From the NCBI GenBank assembly GCA_040954595.2, contig CM082593.2, positions 2,081,830 to 2,145,829 of the forward strand: a DNA stretch of 64,000 bases. Reading direction: 5' to 3'. The position numbers and the translations under genes were made by a program. The notes below the pieces were generated by a model. That model made no database searches, was not told where the DNA came from, and saw only the letters and a program-made list of their open reading frames with translations. Shown here in pieces: positions 22,601-35,250 of the stretch; positions within the stretch are counted from its first letter, which is position 1, and every line of letters starts with the position of its first letter. This stretch comes from Balanoglossus misakiensis (Eukaryota > Animalia > Hemichordata).

Positions 22601-25600
22601 TTCCAGTGAAGTGGGCACCATATCCAGTCTTGTTCTTTTCCATTACCAGTCTAGCTGTTTTCCAGTGAAGTGGGCACCATATCCAGTCTTGTTCTTTTCC
22701 ATTACCAGTCTAGCAGTTTTCCAGTGAAGTGGGCACCATATCCAGTCTTGTTCTCCAGTGAAGTGGGCACCATATCCAGTCTTGTTCTTTTCCATTACCA
22801 GTCTAGCAGTTTTCCAGTGAAGTGGGCACCATATCCAGTCTTGTTCTTTTCCATTACCAGTCTAGCTGTTTTCCAGTGAAGTGGGCACCATATCGAGTCT
22901 TGTTCTTTCCATTACCAGTCTAGCTGTAAAAAATAGTCAATTTGTGTATAATTGTAAAATATTAACTTGCTCTCTCTTTTACATTACAATCTACTGTTAC
23001 ACTACAAAATACAATAATTAAAACTGACAATAAAATGTTCATCATTAACAGTAACTACAATCTTCTGGTTTCTTCTTGGGCTGTATAAACCAAAGCATCT
23101 GATTTTCCAGTGAAGTGGGCACCATATCCAGTCTTGTTCTTTTCCATTACCAGTCTAGCTGTTTTCCAGTGAAGTGGGCACCATATCCATGAGTCTTGTT
23201 CTTCTCCATTACCAGTCTAGCTGTTTTCCAGTGAAGTGGGCACCATATCCAGTCTTGTTCTTTTCCATTACCAGTCTAGCTGTTTTCCAGTGAAGTTGGC
23301 ACCATATCCAGTCTTGTTCTTTTCCATTACCAGTCTAGCAGTTTTCCAGTGAAGTGGGCACCATATCCAGTCTTGTTCTTTTCCATTACCAGTCTAGCTG
23401 TTTTCCAGTGAAGTGGGCACCATATCCAGTCATGTTCTTTTCCATTACCAGTCTAGCTGTTTTCCAGTGAAGTGGGCACCATATCCAGTCTTGTTCTTTT
23501 ACATTACCAGTCTAGCAGTTTTCCAGTGAAGTGGGCACCATATACAGTCTTGTTCTTTTCCATTACCAGTCTAGCTGTTTTCCAGTGAAGTGGGCACCAT
23601 ATCCAGTCTTGTTCTTTCCATTACCAGTCTAGCTGTAAAAAATAGTCAATTTGTGTATAATTGTAAAATATTAACTTGCTCTCTCTTTGACATTACAATC
23701 TACTGTTACACTACAAAATACAATAATTAAAACTGACAATAAAATGTTCATCATTAACAGTAACTACAATCTTCTGGTTTCTTCTTGGGCTGTATAAACC
23801 AAAGCATCTGATTTTCCAGTGAAGTGGGCACCATATCCAGTCTTGTTCTTTTCCATAATACCAGTAGAGCTGTTTTCCAGTGAAGTGGGCACCATATCCA
23901 GTCTTGTTCTTTTCCATAATACCAGTCTAGCTGTTTTCCAGTGAAGTGGGCACCATATCCATGAGTCTTGTTCTTCTCCATTACCAGTCTAGCTGTTTTC
24001 CAGTGAAGTGGGCACCATATCCAGTCTTGTTCTTTTCCATTACCAGTCTAGCTGTTTTCCAGTGAAGTGGGCACCATATCCATGAGTCTTGTTCTTCTCC
24101 ATTACCAGTCTAGCTGTTTTCCAGTGAAGTGGGCACCATATCCAGTCTTGTTCTTTTCCATTACCAGTCTAGCTGTTTTCCAGTGAAGTTGGCACCATAT
24201 CCAGTCTTGTTCTTTTCCATTACCAGTCTAGCAGTTTTCCAGTGAAGTGGGCACCATATCCAGTCTTGTTCTTTTCCATTACCAGTCTAGCTGTTTTCCA
24301 GTGAAGTGGGCACCATATCCAGTCATGTTCTTTTCCATTACCAGTCTAGCTGTTTTCCAGTGAAGTGGGCACCATATCCAGTCTTGTTCTTTTACATTAC
24401 CAGTCTAGCAGTTTTCCAGTGAAGTGGGCACCATATACAGTCTTGTTCTTTTCCATTACCAGTCTAGCTGTTTTCCAGTGAAGTGGGCACCATATCCAGT
24501 CTTGTTCTTTCCATTACCAGTCTAGCTGTAAAAAATAGTCAATTTGTGTATAATTGTAAAATATTAACTTGCTCTCTCTTTGACATTACAATCTACTGTT
24601 ACACTACAAAATACAATAATTAAAACTGACAATAAAATGTTCATCATTAACAGTAACTACAATCTTCTGGTTTCTTCTTGGGCTGTATAAACCAAAGCAT
24701 CTGATTTTCCAGTGAAGTGGGCACCATATCCAGTCTTGTTCTTTTCCATAATACCAGTAGAGCTGTTTTCCAGTGAAGTGGGCACCATATCCAGTCTTGT
24801 TCTTTTCCATAATACCAGTCTAGCTGTTTTCCAGTGAAGTGGGCACCATATCCATGAGTCTTGTTCTTCTCCATTACCAGTCTAGCTGTTTTCCAGTGAA
24901 GTGGGCACCATATCCAGTCTTGTTCTTTTCCATTACCAGTCTAGCTGTTTTCCAGTGAAGTGGGCACCATATCCAGTCTTGTTCTTTTCCATTACCAGTC
25001 TAGCTGTTTTCCAGTGAAGTGGGCACCATATCCAGTCTTGTTCTTTTCCATTACCAGTCTAGCAGTTTTCCAGTGAAGTGGGCACCATATCCAGTCTTGT
25101 TCTCCAGTGAAGTGGGCACCATATCCAGTCTTGTTCTTTTCCATTACCAGTCTAGCAGTTTTCCAGTGAAGTGGGCACCATATCCAGTCTTGTTCTTTTC
25201 CATTACCAGTCTAGCTGTTTTCCAGTGAAGTGGGCACCATATCCAGTCTTGTTCTTTCCATTACCAGTCTAGCTGTAAAAAATAGTCAATTTGTGTATAA
25301 TTGTAAAATATTAACTTGCTCTCTCTTTGACATTACAATCTACTGTTACACTACAAAATACAATAATTAAAACTGACAATAAAATGTTCATCATTAACAG
25401 TAACTACAATCTTCTGGTTTCTTCTTGGGCTGTATAAACCAAAGCATCTGATTTTCCAGTGAAGTGGGCACCATATCCAGTCTTGTTCTTTTCCATTACC
25501 AGTCTAAATGTTTTCCAGTGAAGTGGGCACCATATCCAGTCTTGTTCTTTTCCATAATACCAGTCTAGCTGTTTTCCAGTGAAGTGGGCACCATATCCAT

Positions 25601-27890
25601 GAGTCTTGTTCTTCTCCATTACCAGTCTAGCTGTTTTCCAGTGAAGTGGGCACCATATCCAGTCTTGTTCTTTTCCATTACCAGTCTAGCTGTTTTCCAG
25701 TGAAGTGGGCACCATATCCAGTCTTGTTCTTTTCCATTACCAGTCTAGCAGTTTTCCAGTGAAGTGGGCACCATATCCAGTCTTGTTCTCCAGTGAAGTG
25801 GGCACCATATCCAGTCTTGTTCTTTTCCATTTCCAGTCTAGCAGTTTTCCAGTGAAGTGGGCACCATATCCAGTCTTGTTCTTTTCCATTACCAGTCTAG
25901 CTGTTTTCCAGTGAAGTGGGCACCATATCCAGTCTTGTTCTTTCCATTACCAGTCTAGCTGTAAAAAATAGTCAATTTGTGTATAATTGTAAAATATTAA
26001 CTTGCTCTCTCTTTGACATTACAATCTACTGTTACACTACAAAATACAATAATTAAAACTGACAATAAAATGTTCATCATTAACAGTAACTACAATCTTC
26101 TGGTTTCTTCTTGGGCTGTATAAACCAAAGCATCTGATTTTCCAGTGAAGTGGGCACCATATCCAGTCTTGTTCTTTTCCATTACCAGTCTAGCTGTTTT
26201 CCAGTGAAGTGGGCACCATATCCAGTCTTGTTCTTTTCCATAATACCAGTCTAGCTGTTTTCCAGTGAAGTGGGCACCATATCCATGAGTCTTGTTCTTT
26301 TCCATTACCAGTCTAGCTGTTTTCCAGTGAAGTGGGCACCATATCCAGTCATGTTCTTTTCCATTACCAGTCTAGCTGTTTTCCAGTGAAGTGGGCACCA
26401 TATCCAGTCTTGTTCTTTTCCATTACCAGTCTAGCAGTTTTCCAGTGAAGTGGGCACCATATCCAGTCTTGTTCTTTTCCATTACCAGTCTAGCTGTTTT
26501 CCAGTGAAGTGGGCACCATATCGAGTCTTGTTCTTTCCATTACCAGTCTAGCTGTAAAAAATAGTCAATTTGTGTATAATTGTAAAATATTAACTTGCTC
26601 TCTCTTTGACATTACAATCTACTGTTACACTACAAAATACAATAATTAAAACTGACAATAAAATGTTCATCATTAACAGTAACTACAATCTTCTGGTTTC
26701 TTCTTGGGCTGTATAAACCAAAGCATCTGATTTTCCAGTGAAGTGGGCACCATATCCAGTCTTGTTCTTTTCCATTACCAGTCTAGCTGTTTTCCAGTGA
26801 AGTGGGCACCATATCCAGTCTTGTTCTTTTCCATAATACCAGTCTAGCTGTTTTCCAGTGAAGTGGGCACCATATCCATGAGTCTTGTTCTTCTCCATTA
26901 CCAGTCTAGCTGTTTTCCAGTGAAGTGGGCACCATATCCAGTCATGTTCTTTTCCATTACCAGTCTAGCTGTTTTCCAGTGAAGTGGGCACCATATCCAG
27001 TCTTGTTCTTTTCCATTACCAGTCTAGCAGTTTTCCAGTGAAGTGGGCACCATATCCAGTCTTGTTCTTTTCCATTACCAGTCTAGCTGTTTTCCAGTGA
27101 AGTGGGCACCATATCCAGTCTTGTTCTTTCCATTACCAGTCTAGCTGTAAAAAATAGTCAATTTGTGTATAATTGTAAAATATTAACTTGCTCTCTCTTT
27201 GACATTACAATCTACTGTTACACTACAAAATACAATAATTAAAACTGACAATAAAATGTTCATCATTAACAGTAACTACAATCTTCTGGTTTCTTCTTGG
27301 GCTGTATAAACCAAAGCATCTGATTTTCCAGTGAAGTGGGCACCATATCCAGTCTTGTTCTTTTCCATTACCAGTCTAGCTGTTTTCCAGTGAAGTGGGC
27401 ACCATATCCAGTCATGTTCTTTTCCATTACCAGTCTAGCTGTTTTCCAGTGAAGTGGGCACCATATCCAGTCTTGTTCTTCTCCATTACCAGTCTAGCTG
27501 TTTTCCAGTGAAGTTGGCACCATATCCAGTCTTGTTCTTTTCCATTACCAGTCTAGCTGTTTTCCAGTGAAGTGGGAACCATATCCAGTCTTGTTCTTTT
27601 CCATTACCAGTCTAGATGTTTTCCAGTGAAGTGGGAACCATATCCAGGCTTGTTCTTTTCCATTACCAGTCAAGCTGTTTTCCAGTGAAGTGGGATCCAT
27701 ATCCAGTCTAGCTGTTTTCCATTGCAGTGAGAACCATATCCAGTCTTGCTGTTTTCCATAACCAGTCTAGCTGTTTTCCGATGCAGTGGGAACCATATCC
27801 AGTCAGTTTTCCAGCGGAGTGGGAACCATATCCAGTCCAGCTGATTTCCAGTGAAGTGGGAATACCGGATCCATATCCAGTCTAGCTGTA
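16687..27890. repeat. Composite satellite I: runs of 59-bp monomers separated by a conserved ~177-bp AT-rich spacer (15 spacers; unit 593-893 bp)
   Basis: Monomer TTCCAGTGAAGTGGGCACCATATCCAGTCTTGTTCTTTTCCATTACCAGTCTAGCTGTT with 61-bp, 62-bp and truncated variants; spacer starts at about 16687, 17505, 18275, 19047, 19733, 20540, 21249, 22119, 22926, 23635, 24528, 25275, 25961, 26554, 27147; monomers decay at the right end. Confidence 0.97.
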
Positions 27891-28115
27891 ATAACTTACA
27901 AGGAACTGTTAAGCATGCATTGAAAGAGACAAAATAAACATCTTTGAATCTATCACCTCTGTATGCGTTGTTGAAATTTGCTTTAACGATTCGATACTTT
28001 ACCTGGTGAGTACCACTTTTCACATCTTTACCTGGAAACCCGTACATGTACATCATCCCAGCCACAGAAATCTGCAATCTGTAATAACTTACAAGAAACT
28101 GTTAAGCATGCATTG
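27886..28115. repeat. 37-bp direct repeat pair (27886-27922 and 28079-28115) at the junction between the two satellites
   Basis: CTGTAATAACTTACAAG(G/A)AACTGTTAAGCATGCATTG occurs twice, 1 mismatch, 193 bp apart. Confidence 0.9.
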
Positions 28116-28269
28116 TGTTTTACAAACCCCCTCTGCTTTACTTTACCAAACTTTAATTAGTATCTGAAATGAAGAAGAAAAAATATGTTACATCATCTGT
28201 TGGGATATTTGAAGAGAATTTCATGAAAAATACTGATCACCATTAAACAACCATCAATTCAAACAGCCA

Positions 28270-31200
28270 ATGTATCTTTATCCCCATTTATCTTAAGCAC
28301 CCAATATTAGTTTTACCCTTGATAACCCCTACACATCTCTCTATTCTCCTTTGGGAGAATGAAAAGTTTTTTACACAATATTACACATTTATAGCAATAT
28401 ATTTGCTGTTGCTATAGACACCACACTATGTATACAACCCCCTTTATCTTAAGTATCCAAGTTTACCCTTGATTAACCCAACACATCTCCCTATTCTCCT
28501 CTGGAGAATGAAAAGTTTTTTTGCACAATATTACAAATTTATAGCAATATATTTGCTGTTGCTATAGACACCACACTTTGTTTACAACCCCCTTTAACTT
28601 AAGCACCCAATTTTACCCTTGATTAACCCAAGACATCTCCCTATTCTCCTCTGGAGAATGAAAAGTTTTTTACACAATATTACACATTTATAGCAATATA
28701 TTTGCTGTTGCTATAGACACCACACTATGTATACAACCCCCCTTTATCTTAAGTATCCAATTTTACCCTTGATTAACCCAACACATCTCCCTATTCTCCT
28801 TTGGGAGAATGAAAAGTTTTTTTGCACAATATTACACATTTATAGCAATATATTTGCTGTTGCTATAGACACCACACTTTGTTTACAACCCCCCTTTATC
28901 TTAAGCACCCAATTTTACCCTTGATAAATCCAACACATCTCCCTATTCTCCATTGGGAGAATGAAAAGTTTTTACACAATATTACACATTTATAGCAATA
29001 TATTTGCTGTTGCTATAGACACCACACGATGTTTACAACCCCCCTTTATCTTAAGCACCCAATTTTACCCTTGATAAATCCAACACATCTCCCTATTCTC
29101 CATTGGGAGAATGAAAAGTTTTTACACAATATTACAAATTTATAGCAATATATTTGCTGTTGCTATAGACACCACACTTTGTTTACAACCCCCCTTTATC
29201 TTAAGCAGCCAATTTTACCCTTGATTAACCCAACACATCTCCCTATTCTCCTTTGGGAGAATGAAAAGTTTTTTTGCACAATATTACAAATTTATAGCAA
29301 TATATTTGCTGTTGCTATAGACACCACACTTTGTTTACAACCCCCCTTTATCTTAAGCAGCCAATTTTACCCTTGATTAACCCAACACATCTCCCTATTC
29401 TCCTTTGGGAGAATGAAAAGTTTTTTTGCACAATATTACACATTTATAGCAATATATTTGCTGTTGCTATAGACACCACACTATGTTTACAAACCCCCTT
29501 TATCTTAAGCACCCAATTTTACCCTTGATTAACCCAACACATCTCCCTATTCTCCTTTGGGAGAATGAAAAGTTTTTTTGCACAATATTACACATTTATA
29601 GCAATATATTTGCTGTTGCTATAGACACCACACTTTGTTTACAACCCCCCTTTATCTTAAGCAGCCAATTTTACCCTCGATTAACCCAACACATCTCCCT
29701 ATTCTCCTTTGGGAGAATGAAAAGTTTTTTTGCATAATATTACAAATTTATAGCAATATATTTGCTGTTGCTATAGACACCACACTTTGTTTACAACCCC
29801 CCTTTATCTTAAGCAGCCAATTTTACCCTTGATTAACCCAACACATCTCCCTATTCTCCTTTGGGAGAATGAAAAGTTTTTTTGCACAATATTACAAATT
29901 TATAGCAATATATTTGCTGTTGCTATAGACACCACACTTTGTTTACAACCCCCCTTTATCTTAAGCAGCCAATTTTACCCTCGATTAACCCAACACATCT
30001 CCCTATTCTCCTTTGGGAGAATGAAAAGTTTTTTTGCACAATATTACAAATTTATAGCAATATATTTGCTGTTGCTATAGACACCACACTATGTTTACAA
30101 ACCCCCTTTATCTTAAGCACCCAATTTTACCCTTGATTAACCCAACACATCTCCCTATTCTCCTTTGGGAGAATGAAAAGTTTTTTTGCACAATATTACA
30201 CATTTATAGCAATATATTTGCTGTTGCTATAGACACCACACTTTGTTTACAACCCCCCTTTATCTTAAGCAGCCAATTTTACCCTCGATTAACCCAACAC
30301 ATCTCCCTATTCTCCTTTGGGAGAATGAAAAGTTTTTTTGCATAATATTACAAATTTATAGCAATATATTTGCTGTTGCTATAGACACCACACTTTGTTT
30401 ACAACCCCCCTTTATCTTAAGCAGCCAATTTTACCCTTGATTAACCCAACACATCTCCCTATTCTCCTTTGGGAGAATGAAAAGTTTTTTTGCACAATAT
30501 TACAAATTTATAGCAATATATTTGCTGTTGCTATAGACACCACACTTTGTTTACAACCCCCCTTTATCTTAAGCAGCCAATTTTACCCTCGATTAACCCA
30601 ACACATCTCCCTATTCTCCTTTGGGAGAATGAAAAGTTTTTTTGCACAATATTACAAATTTATAGCAATATATTTGCTGTTGCTATAGACACCACACTTT
30701 GTTTACAACCCCCCTTTATCTTAAGCAGCCAATTTTACCCTCGATTAACCCAACACATCTCCCTATTCTCCTTTGGGAGAATGAAAAGTTTTTTTGCACA
30801 ATATTACAAATTTATAGCAATATATTTGCTGTTGCTATAGACACCACACTTTGTTTACAACCCCCCTTTATCTTAAGCAGCCAATTTTACCCTTGATTAA
30901 CCCAACACATCTCCCTATTCTCCTTTGGGAGAATGAAAAGTTTTTTTGCACAATATTACAAATTTATAGCAATATATTTGCTGTTGCTATAGACACCACA
31001 CTATGTTTACAACCCCCCTTTATCTTAAGCACCCAATTTTACCCTTGATAAACCCAACACATCTCCCTATTCTCCTTTGGGAGAATGAAAAGTTTTTTTG
31101 CACAATATTACAAATTTATAGCAATATATTTGCTGTTGCTATAGACACCACACTTTGTTTACAACCCCCCTTTATCTTAAGCAGCCAATTTTACCCTTGA

Positions 31201-34200
31201 TTAACCCAACACATCTCCCTATTCTCCTTTGGGAGAATGAAAAGTTTTTTTGCACAATATTACAAATTTATAGCAATATATTTGCTGTTGCTATAGACAC
31301 CACACTTTGTTTACAACCCCCCTTTATCTTAAGCAGCCAATTTTACCCTCGATTAACCCAACACATCTCCCTATTCTCCTTTGGGAGAATGAAAAGTTTT
31401 TTTGCACAATATTACAAATTTATAGCAATATATTTGCTGTTGCTATAGACACCACACTTTGTTTACAACCCCCCTTTATCTTAAGCAGCCAATTTTACCC
31501 TCGATTAACCCAACACATCTCCCTATTCTCCTTTGGGAGAATGAAAAGTTTTTTTGCATAATATTACAAATTTATAGCAATATATTTGCTGTTGCTATAG
31601 ACACCACACTTTGTTTACAACCCCCCTTTATCTTAAGCAGCCAATTTTACCCTTGATTAACCCAACACATCTCCCTATTCTCCTTTGGGAGAATGAAAAG
31701 TTTTTTTGCACAATATTACAAATTTATAGCAATATATTTGCTGTTGCTATAGACACCACACTTTGTTTACAACCCCCCTTTATCTTAAGCAGCCAATTTT
31801 ACCCTCGATTAACCCAACACATCTCCCTATTCTCCTTTGGGAGAATGAAAAGTTTTTTTGCACAATATTACAAATTTATAGCAATATATTTGCTGTTGCT
31901 ATAGACACCACACTATGTTTACAAACCCCCTTTATCTTAAGCACCCAATTTTACCCTTGATTAACCCAACACATCTCCCTATTCTCCTTTGGGAGAATGA
32001 AAAGTTTTTTTGCACAATATTACACATTTATAGCAATATATTTGCTGTTGCTATAGACACCACACTTTGTTTACAACCCCCCTTTATCTTAAGCAGCCAA
32101 TTTTACCCTCGATTAACCCAACACATCTCCCTATTCTCCTTTGGGAGAATGAAAAGTTTTTTTGCACAATATTACAAATTTATAGCAATATATTTGCTGT
32201 TGCTATAGACACCACACTTTGTTTACAACCCCCCTTTATCTTAAGCAGCCAATTTTACCCTTGATTAACCCAACACATCTCCCTATTCTCCTTTGGGAGA
32301 ATGAAAAGTTTTTTTGCACAATATTACACATTTATAGCAATATATTTGCTGTTGCTATAGACACCACACTATGTTTACAAACCCCCTTTATCTTAAGCAC
32401 CCAATTTTACCCTTGATTAACCCAACACATCTCCCTATTCTCCTTTGGGAGAATGAAAAGTTTTTTTGCACAATATTACACATTTATAGCAATATATTTG
32501 CTGTTGCTATAGACACCACACTTTGTTTACAACCCCCCTTTATCTTAAGCAGCCAATTTTACCCTCGATTAACCCAACACATCTCCCTATTCTCCTTTGG
32601 GAGAATGAAAAGTTTTTTTGCATAATATTACAAATTTATAGCAATATATTTGCTGTTGCTATAGACACCACACTTTGTTTACAACCCCCCTTTATCTTAA
32701 GCAGCCAATTTTACCCTTGATTAACCCAACACATCTCCCTATTCTCCTTTGGGAGAATGAAAAGTTTTTTTGCACAATATTACAAATTTATAGCAATATA
32801 TTTGCTGTTGCTATAGACACCACACTTTGTTTACAACCCCCCTTTATCTTAAGCAGCCAATTTTACCCTCGATTAACCCAACACATCTCCCTATTCTCCT
32901 TTGGGAGAATGAAAAGTTTTTTTGCACAATATTACAAATTTATAGCAATATATTTGCTGTTGCTATAGACACCACACTATGTTTACAAACCCCCTTTATC
33001 TTAAGCACCCAATTTTACCCTTGATTAACCCAACACATCTCCCTATTCTCCTTTGGGAGAATGAAAAGTTTTTTTGCACAATATTACACATTTATAGCAA
33101 TATATTTGCTGTTGCTATAGACACCACACTTTGTTTACAACCCCCCTTTATCTTAAGCAGCCAATTTTACCCTCGATTAACCCAACACATCTCCCTATTC
33201 TCCTTTGGGAGAATGAAAAGTTTTTTTGCATAATATTACAAATTTATAGCAATATATTTGCTGTTGCTATAGACACCACACTTTGTTTACAACCCCCCTT
33301 TATCTTAAGCAGCCAATTTTACCCTTGATTAACCCAACACATCTCCCTATTCTCCTTTGGGAGAATGAAAAGTTTTTTTGCACAATATTACAAATTTATA
33401 GCAATATATTTGCTGTTGCTATAGACACCACACTTTGTTTACAACCCCCCTTTATCTTAAGCAGCCAATTTTACCCTCGATTAACCCAACACATCTCCCT
33501 ATTCTCCTTTGGGAGAATGAAAAGTTTTTTTGCACAATATTACAAATTTATAGCAATATATTTGCTGTTGCTATAGACACCACACTTTGTTTACAACCCC
33601 CCTTTATCTTAAGCAGCCAATTTTACCCTCGATTAACCCAACACATCTCCCTATTCTCCTTTGGGAGAATGAAAAGTTTTTTTGCACAATATTACAAATT
33701 TATAGCAATATATTTGCTGTTGCTATAGACACCACACTTTGTTTACAACCCCCCTTTATCTTAAGCAGCCAATTTTACCCTTGATTAACCCAACACATCT
33801 CCCTATTCTCCTTTGGGAGAATGAAAAGTTTTTTTGCACAATATTACAAATTTATAGCAATATATTTGCTGTTGCTATAGACACCACACTTTGTTTACAA
33901 CCCCCCTTTATCTTAAGCACCCAATTTTACCCTTGATAAATCCAACACATCTCCCTATTCTCCATTGGGAGAATGAAAAGTTTTTACACAATATTACACA
34001 TTTATAGCAATATATTTGCTGTTGCTATAGACACCACACTATGTTTACAACCCCCCTTTATCTTAAGCACCCAATTTTACCCTTGATAAATCCAACACAT
34101 CTCCCTATTCTCCATTGGGAGAATGAAAAGTTTTTTTGCACAATATTACACATTTATAGCAATATATTTGCTGTTGCTATAGACACCACACTATGTTTAC

Positions 34201-34910
34201 AACCCCCCTTTATCTTAAGCACCCAATTTTACCCTTGATAAACCCAACACATCTCCCTATTCTCCTTTGGGAGAATGAAAAGTTTTTTTGCACAATATTA
34301 CACATTTATAGCAATATATTTGCTGTTGCTATAGACACCACACTTTGTTTACAACCCCCCTTTATCTTAAGCACCCAATTTTACCCTTGATAAATCCAAC
34401 ACATCTCCCTATTCTCCATTGGGAGAATGAAAAGTTTTTACACAATATTACACATTTATAGCAATATATTTGCTGTTGCTATAGACACCACACTATGTTT
34501 ACAACCCCCCTTTATCTTAAGCACCCAATTTTACCCTTGATAAATCCAACACATCTCCCTATTCTCCATTGGGAGAATGAAAAGTTTTTTTGCACAATAT
34601 TACACATTTATAGCAATATATTTGCTGTTGCTATAGACACCACACTATGTTTACAACCCCCCTTTATCTTAAGCACCCAATTTTACCCTTGATAAATCCA
34701 ACACATCTCCCTATTCTCCATTGGGAGAATGAAAAGTTTTTACACAATATTACACATTTATAGCAATATATTTGCTGTTGCTATAGATACCACACTATGT
34801 ATACAACCCCCCTTTATCTTAAGTATCCAATTTTACCCTTGATAACCCCAACACATCTCCCTATTCTCCTTTGAGAGAATGAAAAGTTTTTAACACAATA
34901 TATACATTTA
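28270..34910. repeat. Satellite II: ~44 tandem copies of a 152-bp monomer
   Basis: ORF-track starts recur every 152 bp; monomer TGTTTACAACCCCCCTTTATCTTAAGC...ATTCTCCTTTGGGAGAAT...TATAGCAATATATTTGCTGTTGCTATAGACACCACACT; edge copies are more diverged (150-151 bp). Confidence 0.97.
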
Positions 34911-35114
34911 TATTTAATATGAAAATTTCCCAACCCCTTTCAATTGCACTTTTTAAGATATCAAAACCATATCAGTTATTACACATGGGTCTAAACTACT
35001 AACCAATCACAAAGTCAATTGTATCAAAATGAAGTCTGCCTACCTCTGATTGGTTAAACCACAAGAACAAAAGACACGTCATCACCAGGCGCCGAGTTGT
35101 CGTCGCGTCACTGA

Positions 35115-35250
35115 GATTCTTCCCTCGTTGGCAACAATTTCTCCCGCCATGGCGTTGGTTCTTCGGAAGTTGGCAGCATTTCCCCCGACATGGCGTTGGT
35201 TCTTCGGAAGTTTGCAGCATTTCCCCCGACATGGCATTGGTTCTTCGGAA
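35115..35250. repeat. 41-bp GC-rich minisatellite, ~3 copies
   Basis: TTTCCCCCGACATGGCGTTGGTTCTTCGGAAGTT(G/T)GCAGCA repeated at 41-bp spacing. Confidence 0.85.

Noticed and set aside
16897-26898. Repeated ORFs MEKNKTHGYGAHFTGK... and MGTISSLVLF...
   Set aside because: Artefacts of the 59-bp repeat; the unit is not a multiple of 3 and stops recur.
16687-27890. CRISPR-like array (regular repeats with a leader-like AT-rich segment)
   Set aside because: No unique spacers between repeats, no cas genes, and a eukaryotic intron-containing context; it is a satellite.
28727-34692. About 35 ORFs MFTTPLYLK... as a tandem peptide gene family
   Set aside because: Translations of the 152-bp satellite, mostly with TTG starts, overlapping each other with frame drift.
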